From contig DATJEL010000108.1 of the NCBI GenBank assembly GCA_035496675.1, positions 6,257-70,256 on the forward strand: a stretch of DNA of 64,000 nucleotides. Reading direction: 5' to 3'. Below are positions 26,130-33,667 of this stretch, piece by piece. Origin of the DNA: Terriglobales bacterium. Lineage in GTDB: Bacteria > Acidobacteriota > Terriglobia > Terriglobales > Acidobacteriaceae. The stretch's first letter is position 1. Each line of letters begins with the position of its first letter. The notes beneath the pieces were generated by a model. The model did not search any database. It worked only from the letters and a program-made list of their open reading frames with translations, and was not told the origin of the DNA. The position numbers were made by a program, and so were the translations under genes.

Positions 26130-27701
26130 ATGGCGGCATCCTCATCGCTCACGTCAGGCGAACAGTTCGCGCCTTGGATTGCGGCAATATTGCTGGCCAT
26201 TGGCAGCGTCGCCCGCCTTTGGATCGCAGCACGCACGTTCTTGAACCCCGATGAAGCCTTACATTACTTTGTCGCCGCGCAACCAACTCTGCGGCAAACA
26301 TACGAAGTAAGCCTCACGACCGCACATCCGCCGCTGATGTTCTTCCTGCTGCATGGATGGACAAAGTTGGGATCCTCCGAATTCTTCCTTCGTTTGCCGT
26401 TCGTTATCGCCGGAGCGTTGTTCTGCTGGATTCTGTTCCGTTGGGTGCAGAGAATTGCCGGATCAAATGTGGCATTGCTCGCGCTTGTGATGTGCCTGTT
26501 CTCTCCTGTGCTGATTTCACTCTCGGCGGAGGTCCGGCAGTATTCGCTCCTTTTATTGTTCTGCGCCGGTTCTTTGTATGCCCTTGAACGCGGATGGCAG
26601 GAGGACTCCTCCCGCTGGATATGGTTTTCCTCTATCACGCTCTGGCTGGCGTTGCTGACGCACTACTCGGCGCTCTTGTTTGCGGCCGCCTGGGGAATTT
26701 ACGGATGGATGCTTGTATGGAGCTGCCCGCGTCGCGCAAAATCCGCGTGGGTCACTGGACAGATAATTGCGCTGTCAATCTGCATCGCGTTGTTCAAGAC
26801 GCAGGTGCTGAAGCTGCGGAACGCCCGCGTACCTTCCGAGATCGCCGCGACATGGTTGAGCAAGTCGATCTATCACTCTGGAAGCGATCACCTGGGGACA
26901 TTCATGGTGACACGGACCAGTCGCCTTTTCCGCTACTTCTTCAGCCATGGAACGATTGGCGTGGTGATGCTCCTCTTTTTTCTTGCCGGCTTGCTGGCAA
27001 TGTTCGCAGGTAAACCGGAGCGGCTAAAATCCCCGCGGGCTCTGGCCGTCCTTTGTGCCACGCCCTTTATCTTGGCGATCGCAACCGCAATCGCAGGCAT
27101 TTATCCATACGGAGGAACTCGGCACGACGTTGTGCTCGCAGTTTCCGCAATTCCCGCTATTGCCATTGGAATCGATCTGATCACGGCAAGAGCCATCGGT
27201 CCGAGCCGCCGTTTGGCCGCTGTCCTCGTGCTGCTGATCGTTGCTAACATATTTGCTTCCCCAACCCCTCCTTTCATTCGGCCGGGAAATCAGCAGCAGC
27301 CCTTGATGAAGCAAGCCATCGCGCAGCTGAATTCCCAACCAACTGGTTCGGCAATTCTCGCGGACTACCAGGGTGCGTTGGTCCTCGGATACTACCTTTG
27401 TGGAAGGCAAACTTCGCTGCCGTTCGGGCCTACGCCCAAGGACCTCCTGGTCGCTCCTTGCGCCGAGAAGACCCTGCTCACCTCGGTCGGGAGTCAGAGC
27501 AGCTTTGCGGCCGAGGAATTGCCGCAGGTAATACGGCAGGCATGGAACATGCTTCCTGTGCAAAGGTCTGAAATCTGGCTCTTCGAGACGGGCTGGATAA
27601 GTGATGAACCCGGGAAGTGGAGAACAGAGCTGCACAGGGTTGCCTGTGATGAAATCCACGATTTTGGGGAGAACCTGCGAGTATCCCGCTGCCGGAGATG
27701 A
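26130..27701 (+). CDS. GT-C fold glycosyltransferase, PMT_2/ArnT-like (family 39/83-like)
   Basis: 523 aa and polytopic. The first-loop NPDEALHYF acidic motif is typical of PMT/ArnT-type GT-C enzymes, and a C-terminal soluble domain follows. It is divergent from the sulfatase-fold gene across a 77-nt spacer. Confidence 0.7.
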   Translation: MAASSSLTSGEQFAPWIAAILLAIGSVARLWIAARTFLNPDEALHYFVAAQPTLRQTYEVSLTTAHPPLMFFLLHGWTKLGSSEFFLRLPFVIAGALFCWILFRWVQRIAGSNVALLALVMCLFSPVLISLSAEVRQYSLLLLFCAGSLYALERGWQEDSSRWIWFSSITLWLALLTHYSALLFAAAWGIYGWMLVWSCPRRAKSAWVTGQIIALSICIALFKTQVLKLRNARVPSEIAATWLSKSIYHSGSDHLGTFMVTRTSRLFRYFFSHGTIGVVMLLFFLAGLLAMFAGKPERLKSPRALAVLCATPFILAIATAIAGIYPYGGTRHDVVLAVSAIPAIAIGIDLITARAIGPSRRLAAVLVLLIVANIFASPTPPFIRPGNQQQPLMKQAIAQLNSQPTGSAILADYQGALVLGYYLCGRQTSLPFGPTPKDLLVAPCAEKTLLTSVGSQSSFAAEELPQVIRQAWNMLPVQRSEIWLFETGWISDEPGKWRTELHRVACDEIHDFGENLRVSRCRR

Positions 27702-27731
27702 GCCGGCGAAGAACCATCAACCTGAAACTGT

Positions 27732-29423
27732 CTAAGGAAGGACACGTAACCCGGGCCTGCTCTCTGTAACTTCATACTCCTTCCCAACCTGCAGGCTCTT
27801 GTGCTCTTCACTTCTTCCGCTCGGCCAATCAATGACAATACGCTCGATGGTCTCCTGTCCAAGACCAAAAGTGACGGGCAACTCCGACTGGGACAGGTAG
27901 CTTGAGCCGCTGCGAACGAAGCGTGTCTGCATCACTCCACCTGCGAACAGCTTGATGCGCGCGCCGATACCGTCGCGGTTCGACTTGGTGCCGATCAGCT
28001 TCAACCGAATGCTGCGGTTCCCTCCGGTCTGGTCGTTGCGCAACAAGTAGGCAGGGCCGTTGTTGGTGGTCATCAGCAGATCCTGGTCTCCATCCCGGTC
28101 GAAGTCACCGACGGCGAGCCCGCGCCCAACTCGCGGTTCATTGAATCCACCTCCAACCTGCGATCCCACTTCACGGAAATGCCCTCTCCCGTCATTGAGG
28201 AACAACTGCGGGGGCTGCGCGTAACCGACATTACGCACGTTGCGCACGGTGTCGTCGATATGGCCATTCACCGCGACAAGATCCAGCCATCCGTCGAGAT
28301 TGCAGTCAAAAAATGTGCAGCCAAACCCGAGCGTGGTCTTCGACGGCAATCCTACGCCACTCTGCAGAGCCACATCCGCAAAGTTCCCGTTCGCCTCGGC
28401 TCGATAGAGCCCGATCATTTCGTTGTCGAAATTCGTGATCGCGACCCCTGATCGGCCTGAGTTGTCGAAATCGCCTACATCCACTCCCATGCCGGCGCGA
28501 GCCTTACCTTCCTGACTGAAGGCGATCCCCGACTCTACGGCCACGTCACGGAAAGTTCCGTTGCGCTGATTGCGGTAGAGCTTATTTGGCTGCGTGTCAT
28601 TGGCGACCAGCAGATCGGGCCAGCCGTCCTGGTCATAGTCTAAGAGCGCGACCCCCAGAGACTTCGAACTGCTATCGAAAATTCCGCTCGAGGCGGTGAC
28701 ATCCTCAAACGTCCCATTCCCACGATTGTGAAAAAGCCAGCAGGTTTCTCCTACGTAGGCTTCGGGCGTGCAGTAGGACTTGTGCTTGCCGTCAATGCTG
28801 CAGAATACATCGTGCTCCGCCGACCACTTCACATAGTTGCAGACAAACAGATCAAGCAACCCGTCGCGGTCGTAGTCGAACCAGATGGCCGAGGTGCTGA
28901 ATGCGAGGCGCCTGCCGAGGCCGCTCGAAGCGGTTACGTCCACGAACCTCCCTTGGCCGGTGTTTTTGAACAGGCGGTTCTGCCCAACACAGGTGATCAG
29001 TATGTCCGGGAACCCATCGTTGTTATAGTCCCCGACGGCAACCCCCAAGCCGTACATCTCGACATCGAGACCGGCCTCCCTTGTGACATCGGTGAACGTG
29101 CCGTTCCGGTTGTTGCGATAGAGCTTCAGCGTCGAGCGCTGGCGGGTGTGGCCGGGCCAATCCATGCTGTTGACCAGCAGAATGTCCTGCCAGCCGTCGG
29201 AATCGTAGTCGATGAATGCGCAGCCTGGACCAAGCGTTTCCGGAAGCAGTTTTCCGCCATAGGATCCATCGTTGTGGCGAAAACGAATTCCCGCTGAACT
29301 GGTCACATCGGTGAATTGAAAGCCGAGCGATTGCTGCGGCGGGAGTGAAAAGAGTCCCGATCGGGAGAGCACTGCCGCGGCAGCACTCCGACCCGTATGC
29401 CGCAGAAAGGAGCGGCGATTCAC
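27732..29423 (-). CDS. CRTAC1-family protein (FG-GAP/VCBS repeats + ASPIC/UnbV domain) with Tat-like signal
   Basis: MNRRSFLRHTGRSAAAAVL signal, repeated DYDxDGWxDxxxxN FG-GAP-type motifs, and a C-terminal NRDGIGARIKL...SGSSYLSQSELPVTFGLG UnbV/ASPIC motif. The GTG start forms a GTGA overlap with the regulator stop. Confidence 0.85.
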   Translation of the reverse strand: MNRRSFLRHTGRSAAAAVLSRSGLFSLPPQQSLGFQFTDVTSSAGIRFRHNDGSYGGKLLPETLGPGCAFIDYDSDGWQDILLVNSMDWPGHTRQRSTLKLYRNNRNGTFTDVTREAGLDVEMYGLGVAVGDYNNDGFPDILITCVGQNRLFKNTGQGRFVDVTASSGLGRRLAFSTSAIWFDYDRDGLLDLFVCNYVKWSAEHDVFCSIDGKHKSYCTPEAYVGETCWLFHNRGNGTFEDVTASSGIFDSSSKSLGVALLDYDQDGWPDLLVANDTQPNKLYRNQRNGTFRDVAVESGIAFSQEGKARAGMGVDVGDFDNSGRSGVAITNFDNEMIGLYRAEANGNFADVALQSGVGLPSKTTLGFGCTFFDCNLDGWLDLVAVNGHIDDTVRNVRNVGYAQPPQLFLNDGRGHFREVGSQVGGGFNEPRVGRGLAVGDFDRDGDQDLLMTTNNGPAYLLRNDQTGGNRSIRLKLIGTKSNRDGIGARIKLFAGGVMQTRFVRSGSSYLSQSELPVTFGLGQETIERIVIDWPSGRSEEHKSLQVGKEYEVTESRPGLRVLP

Positions 29424-30049
29424 GGAAGGTTCACCAGCCCGTTACGAATGGCGTAGACAACCAGTTCTGCGGTCTTGTGGATGCCGAGCGCGTCCATGAT
29501 ATTGGCGCGGTGCACGGCAACGGTATTCACGCTGAGATCCAGTTGAGCGGCGATCTCTTTGTTGGACTTTCCGTCGCAAATCAGCTGCAGAATCTCGACT
29601 TCCCGCGCAGTGAGACCCGAACCGCGTTCGCCTTTGAGGCTTTGCTGGAACGAAAGTTGTCCGTCGAGCACAGTTTCCCCGTTCACCATGCGGCGGATGG
29701 CGGAGCCCAGTTCGAGATCCAGCGCGTTCTTCAGCACGTAGCCCTTGGCGCCGGCTTCAAGCGCCTGGCGCACCCAGGTGTCCTCGGTATGCATGGTGAG
29801 CATAAGGATGAGCGTCTGCGGCGCAAATTCGAGAATCTTGCGAGTTGCCTGTATGCCGTTCATCTCGGGTAGGGCGCAGTCCATGACGATGACCCGCGGC
29901 TTGAGCAGTTGCGCCTGCTGAACGGCTTCCTGGCCGTCGCTCGCTTCGCCGACCACGTTCATATCTGATTCGTCTGCCAGCATGCGACGGAACCCGCGGC
30001 GCACCAGGCTGTGGTCGTCGACCAGCAGAACTGAAATTTTGTCAGGCAT
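29420..30049 (-). CDS. NarL/LuxR-family response regulator
   Basis: REC domain (ISVLLVDDHSLVRRG...VIVMDCALPEMNG) plus a LuxR HTH (LTAREVEILQLICDGKSNKEIAAQLDLSVNTVAVHRANIM). Confidence 0.92.
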   Translation of the reverse strand: MPDKISVLLVDDHSLVRRGFRRMLADESDMNVVGEASDGQEAVQQAQLLKPRVIVMDCALPEMNGIQATRKILEFAPQTLILMLTMHTEDTWVRQALEAGAKGYVLKNALDLELGSAIRRMVNGETVLDGQLSFQQSLKGERGSGLTAREVEILQLICDGKSNKEIAAQLDLSVNTVAVHRANIMDALGIHKTAELVVYAIRNGLVNLP

Positions 30050-31415
30050 GCATCTCCTGGGTCTCGCGGGAAACTGCCTCCCGCGGAACTTCGAGCTTCA
30101 CTACAGTACCGCCGCCGGGTGCCGGCTCGAATCGAATGGTGCCACCGAGCAACTCGGCACGCTCGCGCATGGCCACCATCCCAAGCCCGCGGCGGGCGGG
30201 GGAGTCGGAGAACCCGGTACCGTTATCGGCGACTTCCAATTCCAGCGCAGAGTTTGCGAAGTGCAGCCGTACCCGCGCCTTTTTCGAGCCGGAGTGCCTG
30301 GCCACATTGTTCAAGGCTTCTTGCAAAACGCGATAAATGTGGACCGCCGAATCGCCGCTCACGGGAAACGGAGTTCCACTTTTCTCGTAGGATATGCCAA
30401 TTCCGGTCTGCCTTTCCACCACCGGCAGATACCATTCGATGGTGGACTCCAGGCCAGCCTCATCGAGCATGACCGGATGAAGCGCCTGCGAAAGGCTGCG
30501 AACCTTTTCGAGGGTGTTCTGCGCGATCTCGCGTACTTCGAGGAGTTCGGTGCGTAGCGGCGAGTTTTCCGGAGCATGGCTGCGTGCCCTGCCAATCATC
30601 GCGCCCACCGCAGTGAGAATTTGGCCAAACTCATCGTGCAGTTCGCGGGAGATGTAGCGAAGCGTTGATTCCTGAGTCGAGATCAGCGTTTGGGCGAGTT
30701 CGCTGCGTTGGGCGGAGAGCGCTCCCAGGCGATTGAAGAGCTGGCGATTCGAATGGATCAGAAACAAGCTGGTGAGAACAATGGCCATCAGGGTCCCGAT
30801 CAGGAAAAAATATGCCTGACGTTGTACATGATCGTAAATCTTGCTGACCTGGGCGGCGGCGCGCTCCTCGACTTCATTGTTCTGTACCAGCAGGCGGGCC
30901 ACGGCATTGCTCAGGGCGGCCAAGCGCGCCTGCAGCGAGAGCCTGATTTGCGCGCGGGCTTCGGCTTCCTGGCCATTGCGCGCGAGTTCGAAATTGCGGT
31001 CCATCGCGTTCCAGAACTGGGCAAGCGATCTTTCCAGATACTGCTGCTGATCAGCGGTTCGATCCTGCGGCGACACTTGTTGCTCCCGGTGAAACGCGTC
31101 TTCCAAGTCGCCGCGCATCCGGTCAAATTGCGCCTGCCAGGCGGTGAGCGGATATTTCTGGCCGGTGTCGCTCGGATCTACGTCAAGCATGTCGCGCATG
31201 GACATGCCGATCGAATTGAGTTCATTTTGAATCCGCAGAAGTTGCAGCGAGTCGCGGCGGTTGCGGTCGATCAAGTTCTTCTGAAGATCGCGCAGGCTGT
31301 CGATTCCGCGGGTGACGGAAAACGAGTAGGCGACCACGGCGATAAGGGTGATCACCAGGCCTATATAGAGCGGGGTTGTCGGAGACCTGCCGGACGTGTC
31401 CTGCACTAGCTGCAA
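30042..31415 (-). CDS. Sensor histidine kinase (HisKA_3 + HATPase_c) with a roughly 170-aa helical periplasmic sensor
   Basis: Two TM segments flank a helical, charged domain. H-box RELHDEFGQILTA and ATPase motifs EALNNVARHS and DNGTGF follow. It overlaps the regulator start by 8 nt. Confidence 0.88.
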   Translation of the reverse strand: MQLVQDTSGRSPTTPLYIGLVITLIAVVAYSFSVTRGIDSLRDLQKNLIDRNRRDSLQLLRIQNELNSIGMSMRDMLDVDPSDTGQKYPLTAWQAQFDRMRGDLEDAFHREQQVSPQDRTADQQQYLERSLAQFWNAMDRNFELARNGQEAEARAQIRLSLQARLAALSNAVARLLVQNNEVEERAAAQVSKIYDHVQRQAYFFLIGTLMAIVLTSLFLIHSNRQLFNRLGALSAQRSELAQTLISTQESTLRYISRELHDEFGQILTAVGAMIGRARSHAPENSPLRTELLEVREIAQNTLEKVRSLSQALHPVMLDEAGLESTIEWYLPVVERQTGIGISYEKSGTPFPVSGDSAVHIYRVLQEALNNVARHSGSKKARVRLHFANSALELEVADNGTGFSDSPARRGLGMVAMRERAELLGGTIRFEPAPGGGTVVKLEVPREAVSRETQEMHA

Positions 31416-31576
31416 GCATATAACTTCACAGCAGCAAACCCAAATTGGTGTCGGTTGATGCGGTTATACTCATTAGCATCCAGCCGCCTGGCACTCGGAT
31501 TCAGGCTTTTGAGCTTGCGAAACGCCAAAGGCCTCTTGTCCTGTCTGCTGGTTGCTGAATTCTGAATGCCTGTCGC

Positions 31577-32095
31577 ATGAACAGTCCCAAACTCCCGGAA
31601 CCTTGGCTACGCGGGACCCTCGCGGAAGTGGACCCGGTGCAACGCGCGGTTTTGCATGCCCTCGAACTGGCGAAAGAAGATTTGCAAAAATGGTGTGGAG
31701 ATTTGTCAGATGAGGAACTGAATGCCTCTCCCGGAGCGGCAGCACCGGTGGCATTTCATCTGCGGCACATCGCGCGCAGCACGGACCGCTTGCTTACCTA
31801 TGCCGAGAACCGGCCGTTGAGCCCTGAACAGATCGCGGCGATGAAGCAAGAGTTGGATCCCGCAGCCACGCGCGAGGCGCTGTTTGCGGAACTCCACCGC
31901 GGGTTGCAATCGGCCGCCGAAAGGATACTTGCCATCCCGCCCGAGCGCCTGCCTGAAACGCGAGTGGTCGGCCGGCAACAGTTGCCGACAACCGTTGCCG
32001 GGCTCGTAATCCATGTAGGGGATCACGCGCAGCGGCACGTTGGCCAGGGAATTACGACTGCGAAGATCGTCAAAAGCAGACGTGCTTCAACCTAG
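31577..32095 (+). CDS. DinB-family (DinB_2-like) four-helix-bundle protein
   Basis: 172 aa with His-containing helices (VAFHLRHIARSTDRLL, LVIHVGDHAQRHVGQ) typical of the DinB/YfiT-like metal-binding fold. Confidence 0.7.
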   Translation: MNSPKLPEPWLRGTLAEVDPVQRAVLHALELAKEDLQKWCGDLSDEELNASPGAAAPVAFHLRHIARSTDRLLTYAENRPLSPEQIAAMKQELDPAATREALFAELHRGLQSAAERILAIPPERLPETRVVGRQQLPTTVAGLVIHVGDHAQRHVGQGITTAKIVKSRRAST

Positions 32096-32101
32096 ACAGA
32101 G

Positions 32102-32515
32102 TCAGGCGGCGCTCGACGAACACTCTGCCAACGCCTCGCTCACCGAGCCGAAAAAGCTAAACAGAGATGCCACGTTTGTGAGTTCGAGGAGATAACGAAC
32201 CCGCTCGGACGAGCAGGCGATGCATACCTCGCGATCCAGGGCCTGAGCCTGCATGCTGATGAGCACCAACTGACCAATCCCGGCGCTGTCCAGGAGGTCC
32301 AGTGTGCCGAAATCTAAAACCAAATGATTCCCGGCTCGCATAAATTCTTTCGCGGTCTCGGCCAGCGGCTGGGCTTCCCCCTGGTAGCATAAACGCCCGG
32401 CACAATGAATTATGGAGACGTTTCCTAGGCTTTCTGTTTTGGTTGAAAAACCGACGTTACGGGAGAAATCGTTGTCATTCTTTTCTAGAACGGCCACTGC
32501 AGAACATCCCCTCAT
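32102..32515 (-). CDS. STAS-domain protein (anti-sigma-factor-antagonist-like)
   Basis: HLVLDFGTLDLLDSAGIGQLVLISMQAQALDREVCIACSSERVRYLLELTNV is the classic SpoIIAA/STAS core. The start is taken at the internal Met (MRGCSAV...). The track ORF's hydrophobic extension is doubtful. Confidence 0.65.
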   Translation of the reverse strand: MRGCSAVAVLEKNDNDFSRNVGFSTKTESLGNVSIIHCAGRLCYQGEAQPLAETAKEFMRAGNHLVLDFGTLDLLDSAGIGQLVLISMQAQALDREVCIACSSERVRYLLELTNVASLFSFFGSVSEALAECSSSAA

Positions 32516-32664
32516 GGCTAAATAGTGCCAACACTCATACTCCTGTTTCACTATAGACGGAGTTTTTTTGTAAAGTGTAAAAAATCCGAAAAAGAAGCCT
32601 GGGGTACCAACAAGCAAATCTGGGTTCTGTTTGGCATCCGGGCACTAGCCGGGAGCATCCTAAG

Positions 32665-33252
32665 TTGCTCTGTGCTGAGGAGCGTTCGTTGCGTAAGAAC
32701 TGCACGATCATCTTCACCCTCCTGATTTTCACTGCCATATGCCGAGGGCAAATTCCTAGGAGTGGTAACGCGTTTTTTGGCTATTCCTATTCCGGCGGAC
32801 AGGTGTTTAATCCCGGCCCCATCGATGTGGCGATGAATGGATGGGAGGCGAGCGTAGAGGGCAAATTCCTCCCTTGGCTCGGCGGAGTCGGGGACTTCGA
32901 CTGGCACTATGGCTCGGCTACCACGAGCTGCATCGGTGTAGGTTGTTCTCCCATGAAGTTTGGCCTCAACGGAAGCCGGCATAGCGTGCTTTTCGGACCG
33001 CGCGTATCCACCACCTTCGGGAAGTACACTCCTTTTGCGCAGGCTCTTTTCGGCTTCAGTCACCAGACGGACGCGGGCGGCGGAATCTCCACCTCCGAGT
33101 TTGGGTACGCTCAGGCCATGGGCGGTGGGATGGACTACAAACTCCTTCAAGCCGTAGCCTTGCGGGTTCAGGCCGATTGGATGCGGAGCTACCTATTCCG
33201 CGGAAGCCAAACCAACTTCCGCATCTCGACAGGAATTGTGTTTCGGTTTTAA
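32665..33252 (+). CDS. Small outer-membrane beta-barrel protein (OMP_b-brl-like)
   Basis: Signal-like IIFTLLIFTAICRGQ, alternating hydrophobic beta-strand pattern and a C-terminal ...ISTGIVFRF with terminal Phe. The true start may be the downstream TTG giving MRKNCTIIF. Confidence 0.6.
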   Translation: MLCAEERSLRKNCTIIFTLLIFTAICRGQIPRSGNAFFGYSYSGGQVFNPGPIDVAMNGWEASVEGKFLPWLGGVGDFDWHYGSATTSCIGVGCSPMKFGLNGSRHSVLFGPRVSTTFGKYTPFAQALFGFSHQTDAGGGISTSEFGYAQAMGGGMDYKLLQAVALRVQADWMRSYLFRGSQTNFRISTGIVFRF

Positions 33253-33276
33253 CCGCGGCGTGCGGGCCCTTGCTGA

Positions 33277-33555
33277 TTATTGCTTCTGTTCAGGCGCAAC
33301 ATACTCCGGCGGCGGAGCTGCGCCCTCGCCGAAAAAGTATTGCTCCATCTGACGGACGATCACTTCCTGGTCTTCTCTGCGGGCCGGGTTGAGACGATAT
33401 TCATTGAGGAGCATCTTGCAGAACTCGGTCCACTGGCTCCAGGCCTGCTGGGAGACATTGTCGTAAATCTTGCGCCCGAGATCGGTATCAAACGGCGGCT
33501 CGTCGAGGCCGGGAAGTTCCTTGTGCAGCTTGATGCAGTAAACCTTGTGCTCCAT
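33277..33555 (-). CDS. yggX: Fe(2+)-trafficking/oxidative-damage protection protein YggX
   Basis: VYCIKLHKELPGLDEPPFDTDLGRKIYDNVSQQAWSQWTEFCKMLLNEYRLNP is the YggX signature. Confidence 0.85.
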   Translation of the reverse strand: MEHKVYCIKLHKELPGLDEPPFDTDLGRKIYDNVSQQAWSQWTEFCKMLLNEYRLNPARREDQEVIVRQMEQYFFGEGAAPPPEYVAPEQKQ

Positions 33556-33623
33556 GATGGTCGCTCCAGAGCAAAAATTATCTCACAGCGGAATCGGCCG
33601 GTTCAGGCCCAAAGGAGCAAACG

Positions 33624-33657
33624 GAAAGGCCTGCCGAAGCAGGCCTTTCTGTTTTTG
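33624..33657. terminator. Strong intrinsic terminator hairpin (11-bp perfect stem)
   Basis: GAAAGGCCTGC-CGAA-GCAGGCCTTTC followed by TGTTTTTG on the + strand. The minus-strand reading is followed by CGTTTGCTCCTTT. It lies between the mucin-like gene stop (33668) and the yggX start (33555). Confidence 0.7.
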
Positions 33658-33667
33658 CCACAGGGCC

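Noticed and set aside
26105-26130. A TAGAAT box 11 nt before the GT-C gene ATG suggests a near-leaderless mRNA.
   Set aside because: There is no convincing -35 at proper spacing, and a single hexamer match is weak. It needs TSS mapping before being called.
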